From assembly GCA_964016885.1 (NCBI GenBank), contig OZ024752.1:23932001-23996000 (forward strand): a stretch of 64,000 nucleotides of DNA. Direction: 5' to 3'. Below the pieces are notes generated by a model, which was not told the DNA's origin, ran no database searches, and saw nothing but the letters and a program-made list of their open reading frames with translations. Below are positions 1 through 14,170 of the stretch, one piece after another. How positions within the stretch are numbered: the stretch's first letter is position 1; each line of letters opens with the position of its first letter. The position numbers and the translations under genes were made by a program. This DNA comes from Eledone cirrhosa. Lineage: Eukaryota.

Positions 1-1022
1 TTTCACCCTTTTCTTTGTTGAACAGTATCACTTGCCATTTGTTGCTCTTCAGTAAGAGAATCAATATCAGGGTGGTAGATGTCAACTTGAGGATCAGTTT
101 GAAGCATCTCAATGGGATGAGGTGGACCCAGTTGTGAATATGGAGTTATTTCCACGAACAATTATTAGGATCTAAGGAAAATTCCACGAATGAAAGGGGT
201 ACACTGTATACCTTGCAACTGTGGTCATTATCTATATCTTCTTACACACATATACTAACACAGCCACAGATCTGCACAATAATTATTACATACACAGCGT
301 TCTATGTATGAGTTACATGCAAGCATACTCACACATAAATATAAACATGTAAACACATAGTTGCACACACATATACTAACACAGCGTTTCACCACCCATT
401 CCTTGCTCAGTCATTACATAGATACATACACAGCAATGTGTTCTAGGAATCTGTGTGTATACTTCTGTTTGTGTATCTGTTTATGTATTTACATGTAAAT
501 GTGTGTGTATGTAACTTGCGTAACATACGTTACGAACGAAACAAGCAGGATTATAATATGATGTTCACATACTGCGTACTAAGTCATACCGTTACATATT
601 ATATTCCATCTCTGTTTAACTAAGGAATAGGCTATGAAGCCGGTCCCAATAAAATAGACTCACAGGCTATGTAGCCGGTAAGAGTGTCAGACACCATGAG
701 TTGTGGCCTTTTACGGTCTAAGTTAAGACAATTTGAAATCTTTTCCACCATCAATTGTTTTAAAACTAAAATCATTTAGTCGTCCTTTCGTAATGTACGT
801 TAAGCTTTAGTTACACACACATATACATGTAAATACATAAACCGATGCAGACAACAGAAGTGCAACCCACACATCTACTTATACATATTCAAAGACACAT
901 TATATAGAATAATTATTACATACACACACACATCTATGAATGATTGAGGAAGGAAGGGGCTGGTCAAACACTATAGCGATATGTGGGTTGCGTCCCTTTG
1001 AGGTTTACTGGCTACAGTTTTT

Positions 1023-3890
1023 TCATCATCATCTTCGTTTAACGTCCATCTTCCACGTTAGCATGGGTTAGACGGGAGTTGTCCCACTTGAGGCAAGGCT
1101 GGTCAGGTGACCGTGTCTCGCTCTTATAGGACTATCTGGCAGGTTTTCTACGGCTGGATGCCCTTCCTAACACCAACCACATTTACAGTGTGGAACTAGG
1201 AACTTTTTACCGTGTTGCCTACACGGCCACATTACAGCGTGGACTGTGTGTGTTTTTGTTGTGACTCCTACATGACCTCGATCTCATCTCATTTATTTTG
1301 ACTGGATGTTGTGGTACCAACTTTACAGAGAGAGGTTGGTGGGAGTGGGAGGATAGGGTTGTGGATTGGGGTGTATATTTGGTTAAGAGGTGCCTACTGA
1401 CTGTAGGTTTCGCTTTGTACATAGGCAAGGCGGGTCTTCTGTATTACTGCGTAGCGCCAAAGATCTCAGTCCAGTGACATTGTCTTAGATAGGTGCGAGT
1501 GTGTAAGGTCGGAATTTATCAGATCGTCCTGGGTTTTTCTGGGTCTACCTACTCCGTAACTACCATCAATTTTGATCGCCCTGCACTTTTTTATACAGCT
1601 GTCGTCTTTCATGCGCATCACGTGGCCATACCAATTTAGTTTTCTCTCAAGTAAACAGCATCTGATCCCTATGAGCGTTAGATCATCTGCGTATAGGAGT
1701 TCCCATGAGCAGCCGGTCTTGAACTCCTCTGTTATAGCCTGAAGGGCAATAATAAATAGGAGGGGGCTAAGGACTGAGCCTTGATGAACGCCAACTTTTA
1801 CACTAAATTCTTCACAATATTCATTGTTAATTCTAACCTTACTGACTGTTTCATTATACATAGCTTGTATAGCTCTCACAAGCCATTCATCTACACCTAG
1901 TTTTCTAAGAGCCCACCAGATAATGGAGCGGGGGACTCTGTCAAAGGCTTTCTCCAGGTCTACAAAAGCTAAGTAGAGGGGTTTACTTTTAGCTAGGTAC
2001 TTCTCTTGTAGTTGTCGTACAAGGAAAAGAGCATCTGTGGTACTTTTACCTGACTCAAACCCAAACTGCATTTCATCTAGATCAATTCGATCTCCGATTA
2101 GTTGTGCTATAACTCTTTCTGTGACCTTCATGACCTGGTCAACTAACTTAATGCCTCTATAGTTTCCCCTATCTAGAGCATCCCCTTTACCCTTGTAGCA
2201 GTTAATGATGATGATGCTACGCCAGTCTTTCGGTATGACCCCATTTTGTATTGCTTGGTTAACTATACGAGTGACCATAGTGTGTCCCACCATACCAGAT
2301 GCCTTCAACATCTCAGCAACTATCTCCGAAGGCCCAGCTGCCTTGCCTGTCTTCATATCTTTCATTGCTTTACTTATTATACTACCTTTAACTTGCGCTG
2401 CTGGTCCTTCTATTGGATCGATTTGGGGCAGACTATCTTTTTCACATTTATTCTCCTCATTTAATAGTCTCTCGTAGTGACACTTCCAAGCTATCTTCTT
2501 ATCAGTATCAGTGAGGGCAAGTACACCGTTATCATTACGAACCACACTTCTCCCCAACAATATCACGGTTTTCCTAGCAATCCTGAACACCACGTTTTTG
2601 GTCCTCGCGTTGTAGAACATGCTTGAACTTTCTATTCTCTGCTTCCCTTTTTACAAGGTACACTTGTCTCCTAGCTTCTCTTCTGGCCACTTGATAGTGC
2701 TCTCTACTTCCCCCATCCTGCCATACTTTCCAAGCCTGCTTTTTGGCCTTGATTGTCTCCTCCACTTTACTGTTCCACCACCAAGTTACTCTCCTCCTGC
2801 CAATAGGTCTGCTCCAGCCAGATTTCATCCCTTGCTTTCAGCAGGTTCACTTTCAGGAATTGCCACTGTTCCTCTATATTGCATGTCTCTAATTTCTCTT
2901 CCTTATTGTCAAAGGCATCAAGTAATAAGCTTTTAAATTTGTCACTGGCTATGGGGTCCTTCAACTTCCATATTCTTCTCCTCAAGGTAGGCCCCCTCGG
3001 TCGTCGAGTACGTCTATTCCTGACTATGAGGTCACTAACTACTAGGCTGTTAGAAGGTGCATTTTTCACGGGGGAGGGATTTAGTGCTTACAACAAACAC
3101 TTTGTCCCATCTTCTAGTAAGGATATAATATATCTGGCTGGCGTGTTCCCCTGATCTATAGGTGATCAAGTGGTTTTCTCGTTTTTTGAAGTTTGTGTTA
3201 CAGATAGTTAGGTTATTAGCGTCACAGAATTCCAGGGTTCTGAAGCCCTCCTCATTTCTATTTCCAACCCCATAGCCTCCATGGATTCCATCATAACCAT
3301 CACTATGTGTCCAACGTGACCGTTTAGATCGCCAGCAATAATTAAGTAGTCGCTGTCGGTTTGTCCTTTATAACATCAGGTAGACCAGATTGGGGTGCGT
3401 AAGCAGATATTATTGTCACAGTAGTTCTATTTAGTACTAGCCTTATTTTAATTATTCTGTCATGTACTCTATTTATGTCAATTACCTTATCTACCCATTT
3501 TTCAGCTAACATAATTCCTACACCACCCAGTCCGTTGTCATTTCCCACCCAGAAAAGTTTATAGCATCGTTTTTTTACTCACGATGAATCTGGAAGACCC
3601 CCTCTCCACCTAGTCTCTTGAATACAACAAACATCAACTTCTTTACATTCAAGCATCTCTACAACCTCATTTGAGCGACCTTTCAATGTGCCTACATTCA
3701 TGGTACCAACTCTGAAGTTGGGAGGGTGGGATGGAGGGATTATGTTGGTCATCCATGTCTGAAATAAAGAGGGATCCTTGTATTCTCGTCCTGCAGCGGG
3801 AGGTGAATTTATCTTTATCCCTGATATTGTCATTGAGTGCTTAGACTTTCCAAATTCCGCACTCAACCCATCAAACAGGTCTAAACTTAA
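1023..3890 (-). mobile_element. RTE-clade LINE, frameshifted and internally deleted copy
   Basis: Minus ORFs 3579-3866, 3342-3548, 2767-3069, 2574-2828 and 1466-2620 give APE endonuclease (VGTMNVGTLKGR, SAYAPQ) and RT (FVDLEKAFD, GVHQGSVLSP, YADD). Closely similar to the ORF at 41707-44682. 3' UTR ends in (GAT)n near 1023. Confidence 0.95.
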
Positions 3891-3974
3891 GGAGTAGTAA
3901 CTGAGGTGGTAGCTTTGCTATATGATTTGTTAGAGAACTTACTATAAGCTGCTAAGTTATGATTGGACCATATA

Positions 3975-4803
3975 GCAATGGGTAACATTAGGAGAATATT
4001 AGTTTTTAGGAAGGGTCCAACAGAATGAGACATATTATTAAAAAATATGGTGGATTGGCAGTATCGGTAGAGAGTCCGACACCATTCTTTGCAGCATAGA
4101 GTTACATCCCTTTACGATCTGACTTCAAATCCCACCGAGGTTAACTTTGGCTTTCATCCTTACGGGGCCGATAAATGCACTGGGTAATTGCTGGCCTTGT
4201 GCCAAAAGTAGAAACAATTATTAAAAAATATGTAAAATATTAATTGAAAGTCCCAGAGAAAAACGGAGAATTTGAATTCTAGACTGGCATAAATAGAAGT
4301 TTAAAACACTGCTTATTGAATCAACTACAGGTAAAAGGAAAGACAAGTATTTTGCTTACATTCGACAGATCGTCCGTAAGATAGATTAGATAGGTAAATT
4401 CTGTGCTTGGGAATCAGCAAGATTTATTTTGTACTTGCGATCAGACGGAGGAGGTGGGGATATGAGAGCAGGTGCAAAGTGTTTACAAAGTTAGCAAGCG
4501 AGATGCAGGAAGGTTCTAGAATAATTAATTAATAATAATACTAGAAGGTTAGTTTTTGGAAGGGTCCAACAGAATGAGACATATTAAAAATATGTAAAAT
4601 ATTAATTGAAAATCCGAGAGAAAAACGGAGAATTTGAATTCTAGACTGGCATAAATAGAAGTTTAAAACACTGCTTATTGAGTCAACTTTATGGGTAACT
4701 TTAGGAGAAGGTTAATTTTTAGGATGGTCCAACAGAATGAGACATATTATTAAAAACATGTAAAATATTAATTGAAAATCTGAGAGAAAAACGGAGAATT
4801 TGT
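3975..4803. repeat. Three diverged direct repeats of a ~150-180 bp unit, the first interrupted by a SINE
   Basis: ggtccaacagaatgagacatatt...aattgaaa...aaaacggagaattt recurs at ~4014, ~4563 and ~4726. Confidence 0.8.
4050..4216 (+). mobile_element. tRNA-derived SINE with 16-bp TSD
   Basis: Flanked by ATTATTAAAAAATATG at 4034-4049 and 4217-4232. B-box-like ttcaaatccc. Same family as the minus copy at 21178-21363. Confidence 0.85.
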
Positions 4804-4879
4804 TATTCGTTATATCATTTTTGTTTAACTAATTTATATCATTGATCGCAAGACTCATTGTTAAACACCAGGCACATTA

Positions 4880-5030
4880 TAGGGTTTCATGTGTCAGATT
4901 AGGAGAATCATATAGGCATGAAATTGTCAATCACTCGGTCAATGTCGTTGATCCAAACAATAAAAACCTGCATATGCAGATTATCAAAGGGCGATGGATG
5001 TTAGCAAAGAAGACTTGGCGACAATGTGAC
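4880..5030 (+). pseudogene. Merlin/ISXO2 (IS1595-like) transposase fragment
   Basis: Translation HEIVNHSVNVVDPNNKNLHMQIIKGRW matches the H..VNHS..FVDP...HTQ.IE..W motif of this family. Confidence 0.65.
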
Positions 5031-5365
5031 ACCAATGACTTTTTATATATATATATCTTATCTGCTTGTAGAGATAGATAACTGTGAACATATTCGCGAA
5101 TCATATTTCGTCAATATATGAATTTTACATTTTCTTTTAAAATATAGTGTTATTAAATTTGATTCATTGGTTTCTCTTAGTTTCAATGCTTCACTTTGTT
5201 TACTTGTGTGAGATGACTTAGTTGCAGTCACTTTAATATGTTACTTTCATTTGATTTAACTTAAAAGTTTTTAGACCATTTTTTATGGCACGAATAAAGG
5301 CCATGCTGTAAAGTGGTGCTGGTGTTAGGAAGGGCATCCAACCAGTATATATAAATGCCAAAATT

Positions 5366-7345
5366 ATGAGCATAACAAATAATTGCAACAACTGTGTAAA
5401 CAGCAATAACACTAACCATGTTAGGGCTGCGCATGGTAGTGGGGTGGATGGTGAGGCCATGTGCGACAACCTCCCGACCGTCATCAAGCAATTGCACAAG
5501 AACAGGAACAAGAAGATGAAGACATCAATTCTCAGAGTTGCTACACTTAATGTTGGCACTCTAACAGGCAGATCTGGTGAGATAGTGGAGATGCTTGAGA
5601 GAAAACAGGTGGATGTGTGCTGTGTGCAAGAGGTGAGATGGAGAGGTGCCTCTGCAAGACTAATTGCAGGCAAACATCTTAGTTATAAGCTTTTCTGGGT
5701 GGGTAATGATGATGGGTTAGGTGGGGTAGGCATTTTACTGGCTGAAAGATGGATCAATAAGACAATAGAGGTAATTAGAGTTAGTAATAGAATAATTAAC
5801 CTTAGATTAGTTGTAGGCAATAGACTACTGACAATCATCTCTGCCTATGCTCCCCAGGCAGGCCTAGGTAAAGAAGAGGAAGACTGCTTTTACGAGAAAC
5901 TTTTAGAAACAGCCACAATGACAGAGGACAGAGACATCGTTATGCTAGCAGGGGACTTCAATGGTCATGTTGGACAGCTCAGGATGGATACACTGGCGTA
6001 CACGGTGGGCACGGTTACGGCTCAAAATGGAGTGAGGCTTCTTGAATTTTGTGATGCAAGTGCACTAACCATTTGCAACACTAACTAGTTAGACAGCGAG
6101 ACAGACAGATGGTGTCAAATACTAAGGCATACCCCGGGAAAGAATGTACACCACAGCATAGGTTAGTTGTTAGTGACATCTTAATAAGCAAGAGACATGG
6201 GGATAGTTGCTGAGATGCTGAAGGCATCAGGAGAAGTAGGTATTACACTGGTTGCACGCATCGTCAATCAAGCTATATTTGGCGGCATCATATGGAAAGA
6301 CTGGTGCAGCAGTATTCTTATAAATTGCTACAAAGATAAAGGGGATGCTTTGGAGAGGAGCAATTATAGGGGCATAAAACTGATGGATCAAGTTGTGAAA
6401 GTGGCAGAAAGGATATTAACGCAACTAATTAGAGAAAGGGTCAAACTAGATGAGATCTAGTTTAGTTTTGTGCCTGGGAAAAGACAACTAGTGAGGTTCT
6501 TAGAGAAGAATAAGCCACTATACTTAGCTTTTGTTGACCTAGAGAAGGCCTTTGATAGGGTATCCCGATCTGTCATCTGGTGGTCCCTAAGGAAACTAGG
6601 TGTTGATGAATGGCTTGTGAGGACAGTGCAAGCTTTGTACAGAGGTGCTGTCAGTAAAGTGAGGAGTTTAGTGAGGCATTCCAGATACAAGTAGGAGTAC
6701 ATCAGGGTTCGGTCCTCAGCTCGCTCTTGTTCATTATAGTCCTCCAAGCCATAACAGGGGAATTTAAGACTGGCTGTCCATGGGAACTTCTCTATGCTGA
6801 CGATCTGGTTCCTATAGCAGAATCAGTAGAGGAGCTAGAGAATAAATTCTGAGTATGGAAACAGCAGTTGGAAGCAAGAGGACTGAGAGTGAACCTAGTT
6901 AAGACGCAAGTGTTGATGAGTAGAAAAGAGGACAAAACTCTGATTCCGTCAGGAAAATGGCCATGTTTGATATGTAGAAAAGGAACTGGCATAAATTCTA
7001 TAAAATGCACACAATGCAGATGTTGGGTACACAAGAGATGTAGTGGGATAGCAGGCAAACTAACAGGTAGGGAAAAATACGTATGCAGTAGATGTACAGG
7101 GAAATTTGACAGTAGAAGTCGCAGTGATAGTCACATTTTTCCAATGCAGTTAGGTTCTATAGAAGTGGTTGATAGCTTCCGGTACCTAGGTGATCAGATT
7201 AACATGGGAGGAGGGTGTTCCGAGGAAATAGTATCGAGAATAAGGATGGATTGGAAGAAGTTTAGGGAGCTGCTGACAAAGAAGGGTTTCTCCCTGCATA
7301 CGAAAAGCTGGTTATATGATTGTTGTGTGAGAGGCTGGTATACTT
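5366..7345 (+). mobile_element. RTE-clade LINE of a second subfamily, multiply deleted
   Basis: ORF pieces 5366-6088 (APE), 6197-6460 and 6470-6694 (RT) and 6868-7347 (Cys-rich finger). Confidence 0.92.
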
Positions 7346-7560
7346 AGTGTCCCACCATTCCAGATGCCTTCAACATCTCAGCAACTATCTCCGAATGCCC
7401 AGCTGCCTTGCCTGTCTTCATATCTCTGATTGCCTTACTTACTATACTACCATTAACTTGCACAGCTGGTCCCTCTATTGGATCGATTTGGGGTAGACTA
7501 TCTTTATTCCATTCATTCTCCTCATTTAGTAGTCTTGTAGTGACACTTCCAAGCTACCTT
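7346..7560 (-). mobile_element. RTE internal fragment, inverted
   Basis: Very similar to 2280-2495. Confidence 0.8.
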
Positions 7561-8061
7561 CTTATGTATTTATATGTGTATGTGTGTAGTTTATCATTTA
7601 GACTACCTTTATTATGATACAAGCACAAGACATCACCAAGAATAAGTCATTTGACTAGCTTGAAATAGCAGCCAAATCATCTTTAAAATGATGGCACATT
7701 GAGCTGGTAATTTCATGAGATTAAGATAAAGATGATGATGAATCAATGCTGCGTGGAGATGAATAGTTGTAAAACAGCAGCATAAAAAGTCAATCTAACA
7801 TTTAAAGCAAGGATGAGAATTCTTCTTTTTTGCCCACTTATTCATGGGAGGGTCGTGGGGGCAGTCTTCAAGCATGCCTTCCAGTGGGTTCTGTCAGAAG
7901 CAATTGTCTCCAATTGATCTGGCTCGATCCTCAAGAGAGACCAGCCAAGCTCATGGATAAAAATGAGAATTGTCAAAAAATAAATTGAAGTGTTCATTAT
8001 AAGAGAATAATAAGGTCTGGCTGCAAATCCTATGGAAACCAAAAAAGGTCTGTCCTTTCCC

Positions 8062-8265
8062 TTAACCCTTTAGCATTTACATTACTCTATATTTACTATT
8101 ATATTTTCATGGTAAACACTTTATCTCACATAATATTAAATCTACAAGATTTTGATATTATTTATTTTGAGAACAATACCTTAACATAACTTTGAGCAGC
8201 CTGATTGAACAGAAAGAGGTGAGACAATTCTGGCCAGATATGGCTGGTTTAAATGCTGGGCTTAA
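8062..8265. mobile_element. Degenerate piggyBac-type MITE
   Basis: Left end TTAA-CCCTTTAGCATT as at 16102; decayed right end taaatgctgggc-TTAA. Confidence 0.55.
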
Positions 8266-8633
8266 AGAATTTAGTTCTATTATAACCACTTTCCAGTTGA
8301 CCCCAAATGAACTCAGCTCACCTGTTGTTCAATCCTCTATCAATGATGTTCACATGAACTAAATGAATCTGTATGTAGTATTTTTTTCTTTTGTATCCCA
8401 TCACCTCTAGTTCTGTCATTTTATACACTTTGCTACTTGTATTATGTATCATTATACAACTTTGTCTTTCACCCTTTCATGGTTAATAAAATAAAATACA
8501 AATGAAGTATTGAGGGTCAATTGAATTGATTGTCTTCTTCTTTAAAGTGATTGGCTGTCTGACGATATTAGAAATCTATATTATATTCTCTACATTTAAT
8601 ATTAATTTTTTTTTTTTTTCATAATTCTTTCAG

Positions 8634-8842
8634 GTCGTTCCACTATTTTGGCCTGCAATATGAGTGGATATGCACCAGCTCACTGGAAATCTGATAAAAC
8701 TATTGATATGGAAACACTTTCCCACATGGATTTCTTGCCTGTTCCAGAAGGCTCTTGGAGTGAAGATTATAAAAAGAGCCAAGCAAAATACAACATGCAG
8801 CTCTTGTTTTCTACAGTTCTGACTGTGGCTACTGGTATTGCA
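8634..8842 (+). CDS. Internal coding exon of a prag01/Deltameth_res-domain small membrane protein (COX7B-like)
   Basis: Poly-T tract plus TTTCAG acceptor at 8633 and GTAAGT donor at 8843. Encodes RSTILACNMSGYAPAHWKSDKTIDMETLSHMDFLPVPEGSWSEDYKKSQAKYNMQLLFSTVLTVATGIA; MD.LPVP.GSW...Y......YN followed by a TM helix is the family motif as I recall it. Upstream exon not located. Confidence 0.85.
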
Positions 8843-10251
8843 GTAAGTCCAACTTCATTATATCTATTAGAATTAATTTATTAACACAAATCTCTTTGCA
8901 AAGTTTTTGAAATTAGTGAAGTTATCTTCAGCAACTGATTGCTTTAATTATTGTCATCATTTTTATTTTTGCTTTTCACTGTCGTGGATGGGTTGTCATG
9001 GTTTGTGTCCAGACAGTTTAATGTGACCTCATCCCACTCATATGTTCCATATTTGGTATGATTTTTACTGTTGGATGCCATTCTTAACACCAGCCACCTT
9101 CCAAGTTGTACTGGATGTGTTTTATTTTCATAGTACCAGTATTGCCACTTTACGGAATTCCCTAGGTGCATTTTATTGCTACTTTAGAGAGTCGACTGGG
9201 TGCATTTTATCATGGCACCATCATCACCACTTTATAGCATGACTGTATGTGTTTTGTGGCACCATCATCACCACTTTATAGCATGTACTGGGTGCATTTT
9301 ATCATGGCACTAGCAGTAGAGAGGTTGCCATATGATCATCCAGTCCTTTGAATTCTGATTATCTTTTGTATTCTGTTTGTAACTACAAGTTTTATATGTG
9401 TGTAAGCATAAATATCAACAGCTACCTCAATGATATATGCCTGGACAATGTGAGAGAATGCTCTCTGGCATGCAGAAACCCAGGTACAAACTGGCTCATG
9501 CTTCCTGCAAATAGAAAAAAAGCGTTGCCCCAAAAGATAGTGAGGAAGATAAGTGAAAATAGCCATTCCAACTGTAGCCTCCAATCTCTCACCACATATA
9601 CTCTTAGTGTCTCTGTGCTGGTGGATGGGTCAAGTAAACTGTTTACATTTATCTAAAACTAAGGTTCTCAACCCATTTCAGCCAAACGCCCCCTTTTGCC
9701 CCTCGAAATCACGAAACGCCCCTACTCTATTTTTCCATTTTTCAATATACTACTGATTTTGATATCAGTAGATTACTAAAAAATTGATTAACGATATTCC
9801 AAAGATACCATTGCAGGCAGTTGAAAGTATAAATACATTCCTTGAAAGGAAGTATATAAATTTCAAAAAAAGGAACATAAATGTTCTTTTTATGAATAAG
9901 GACCAGTTGAATTTGTATTCCCACCAGACGATACCAGCTATTTTGAACATTTATAAAAGAGCAACTCTGTCTATCCAAAGAGTGCTCTTATCTGGAAGAA
10001 AATGGCAATTGTATTATTTCAAAGCTTTCCAATTTTCCCTTTAAGGAAACGGACAGAATAAATGTTGATATCTAACTTGATGTCCCCTCCGCTTTGTGAG
10101 CTTAGAGACCACGGAAGAGGGTTTTCATGACCACATTCATTAGTAAATGGTAAAATATATACAACAAATGAGTAAGTGAATTGTGGTAGATGGTTTCCAG
10201 TCCAGTCAGACTGCAACTACAAATAAAAAATCGACTTCCTTTGACCTCGTT

Positions 10252-12015
10252 TCAATGGGACCCTTGAGCTTCATGGAGCTTAGCTAACTCTTTGACGTCG
10301 GGCTGGATTTTCATAAGATGTAGCCGGAGATCTCCACGTGCAATCACATTGTAGCAGTTGCGAGCCTTACTATGCAGTCTGGAAACGGCGCCAAACCCAC
10401 TCTCGACTAAGTATGAGCTTGGAAAAGGCAAAGCAAATCTCTTAGCCTCTGCATGTAGGAGTGGAAAAGGACGCTGAATTTCCTCTTGCATCCAAAAAAG
10501 AGGTTCACCTATTTTGGAAAATTTAATTTTGATAATGTCATCTGTCTGAAGTTCAATTAATTCTTCCTTAATTTAACGTCCAAATCGTCGACGTTAGCTA
10601 TGAAGGGATCTGCTATCCACATTGGGATGTTCATCTGCAAAAGGTTGACAAACCGTTCTCTCATGTTGTCTTGTGCACGGAGGTGCGCGGTATAAATTTG
10701 GAGTTGGTCATCGCTCACAATGATTTGAATATTGGCGACACTAGGAAAATTATAGAATTCCCGTCAACAAAAATTCCTTTCAATGACTTTCAATTTGGCC
10801 AGGAATATTTTCACAGCATTCCTTGCTTTAAACAAGGTGATCTTCTCCCCCTGCAAAGCCATAATGAGGCTATTGCATTTGTCGAAGATGTCGGCGAGGT
10901 AGGTGCAGTATTGCTTCACATCGAGGTTTTTTTTTATACAGTTCTGTGTTGCGTCCTCGAAGAAACTCAATGATAGAGTTGAACAGTTCAAAGAAGCAAG
11001 TAAGGCACTTGCCCTTTGAAAGCCACCTCACTTCAGTATGAAGGAGCAACTAGACGAATTCTTCATCATTATCTTCGCACAGTTCCCGGAAAATTCGTTC
11101 ATTGAGGGCATGGCGTTTGATATAATTGATGACATCAATGACTACCTGCAAAGACTTGCTCAGTGGCTCGCTGAGTTTCTTCGCAGCCAAGTGTTGTCGA
11201 TGAATGACACAATGAACAGCAACTACAGATGGATTTTCCCTCTTCAGAAGAGAGACGAAACCCTTATGTTGGCCGACCATTGCTCTTGCGCCATCCGTAG
11301 CACATGATACAATATTGTTAAGAGGTATCTCTTTTTTTTCGAGGTATCCCTTGACAGATTCAAAGATGGTGGCACTTTTAGTATCTGTGGCTAGATTCAG
11401 AGTGAAGAGAAGCTCCTCGTGCATTTCGTTTTGGTGGAAAAATCGCACATATCCCAGTAGTAAGGACTGATTCCTGGAAAGTGTGCTTTCATCATGTTGC
11501 AAAGCAAATTGAGTCGATTTCAAGATGTTGCATAATTTTTGTTCAACATTTTCCACCATTTCATCGATGCGTCTCCTTATTGAGTCGTTACTCAACGGAA
11601 TACATTTCAAGGTCTTTAACGGGTTCTGATGTAGTACTGTTGAAAGAACTTCTGAGATGACAGGAGCTACCAATGTTTCACCCAAGGAATGGGGCTTGCC
11701 ACACTTTGCGATTATGTTGGCAATATTGTAAGATGCGACAAGTCCTTCAACTTTCGAAAAGGCAGAAGAAATTAGTGTTGTTTTCTGAAATTGGTCCCTA
11801 AGAGACTGAAAGTATGCTAAATCTTTATATCTCTTATCGGGGTGCCTCACCTCCAGGTGTCTACTCAAACGCGATGGCTTCATCGCCTCATTTGAAAAGG
11901 ACTCCTTGCAAATTAAACACATGGGTGACAGGTGGTTCGACGGCGATGGGATGAATCCGAACCATAAGTAATCAACGCTGTACTGCCTGCATTTTTTCTT
12001 CATTGCTGAGGCCAT
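10252..12015 (-). pseudogene. Buster-type (ZBED5/ZBED8-like) hAT transposase, frameshifted
   Basis: BED finger (CLIC...MKPSRLSRH), DES, TDGA, HCVIH and C-terminal FPSSYLVESGF...QGSH, split across three ORFs. Confidence 0.92.
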
Positions 12016-12999
12016 TTTCTGTTTATCGAATGTGTTAGGTAAAATTACGCAAAGATTTGCCTATATAAGCCTATAAAATTATGTATAAGGAACTTACTAT
12101 AATGAGTCCTGTTCCAGTATGATAAAGTTTCAAGTAAAGTTCTGGAATATCACTTTGTAATAAACACAACTGCAATGAAAAACACAAATACTGTCATTAA
12201 TTAACCAAGTCGAGACAAGTTATATATGAAGATTAACCAGTCTTTCATGTAGGAATAGTAATAACTTAGCTTGAGGGAATTAAGGTGGCAGACTTAATAA
12301 AGGATCAATGAGGCAACGAGTTCAATAGAACTTAATGCAAGAATGACTAGTAATGTGCTATTTTGAAATGGAATTCATCAATTAAGCACGTAGTGATAAG
12401 ACGCGATAATACTAAGTTAAGACATTACTTATTAGTCAGTTATTCAAATTATCGCCCTTACCTTAATGCAACACTGTGATATTCTTGTAATGGTGCTGCA
12501 ATTATAATGGATGACTGTTGAAGACTACAAAAGCACTTCCTTAAGCCCAAGGCTATAACAAGACTTGATCGTAGTATAAACAGTCAGTTTATATAGGAAT
12601 AGCAACAACCTAGTTATAGAATAAATGATGTGGAAATGCAATGAAGAGAAGGTGGGGTCAAGCAAACCGAATGTTAATAAGAATGAGCTGAAGTATCGAG
12701 GTCAAGCCGAACACGGTGATGAACGAGTCAGTGAATTCAATTCATGAATAATGTTGCTCTTTTCAAGGGGCCTCGTTTGCCTTAAAAATGTGAGGGGGAC
12801 AAACCAATATTTGTTGGAGCATTTTAGTATTACTTATGGTGTCTTTCCTGAACCCTATCACATAAGTAAAATTTTACGCTAATTAAATTTTATATATTCA
12901 AATAAAGTTCAGATATAAAAAAATAAGCTTAAAAAGTATTTATTATATCAAATAAACAAAAAATAAAACAGACGTTTGAATAAAAATCATATAAAGTAA

Positions 13000-14170
13000 A
13001 TTTATTGTCTTTTAGAAATTTCCAAATGTATCATATCTCGCATCATTGCTGTCAATAAATAATTTAGCAACTTCTTCACAACTAATCTTTTTCAAAACAT
13101 CTCTATGAACGTCTCATATTAGAATATGATTCAACCCTTGCTGAGTCATGGTCGATCGCAACCAAGTTTTGAGTCTCTGCAGAGCGCTAAAAGATCTTTC
13201 AGCTTCACAAGAACTGGTTGGAAACATTAAAAGTAGCCTGAGCAATCGCTCAACATTTAGAAACATGCGATGGACTTCTGGTTGCATTTCACCGAATATT
13301 TTACAATGATCCCCGAGAGATGATCCATTATGATGATTTCTATAAAAAAGTATTTCGTTCCTTAAAGAAAATTCATCAAGCTCTGAATACTGCATAATCA
13401 CTTCAGCACAAAAATTTCCATTGAGTAAAATATTGCTCAGTTTTTCATAATCTGCTAAATCCTGTGAAAAAAAATAATCTTTCAAATTTGATATTGCAGT
13501 ATCCACTAATACTGCACTCTGTAATGATCCAAAGCAGTGCAGTGTTGATATTTTAACGCATTTCCTTCCTGGTATCTTTTAGGAACTTTTCGTTGCTTGG
13601 GTAGCTTCAAAGGAGAAATATCGAGTTGATAAATCATTTTTTCTGCTGTATTGAACAGCTTCTGAAATGTTTCTTCACTGCGTAGATATTTTAGCTTCTC
13701 CTGCACCTGTTTGACACTATGCAATATGCTACCTAGATTGAAGGTGGTACTTTGAAAAGATTTGTTCAATCCTTCAAAGAATTGAAGTAATGGAATCCAA
13801 GAACACATTGGCCCGGAGAGTGACACGTAAGAATAACATTAGCTCTGGATGCATTGTTGGTGCCAAAATCATTTGTTGCCTCTTATAAAGAAATAGGGAC
13901 ATCTGAATAATTGTCAAGAAGGGTTTTGACTGCAGAAAGTCGTGTTAGCCATCGAGTAGGGCACACAGGTTTTAAGGAGCGTGGTGACGATACTTCATTT
14001 TCTTCATCATGCTGTGATAAATACGTGTGCTTAAATTTCCCTGATGTACTATATAGTTTCCGCAATTCATTCACGTAATCTAGAACATTTTTGATAAGTG
14101 AAGCTTGTTGTACGGACTTAGTTTATAATAAGTTGAGAAATATGAATGCCACAGTGCATGTAATGGGCCA
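13000..14170 (-). pseudogene. Second hAT transposase remnant (ZMYM1-like, hATC dimerisation domain)
   Basis: CPTRW motif and PTSSCEAERSFSALQRLKTWLRSTMTQQGLNH. Confidence 0.85.

Noticed and set aside
3975-4803. CRISPR-like repeat-spacer pattern
   Set aside because: Eukaryotic context, long diverged units, one spacer is a SINE with a TSD, and there are no cas genes.
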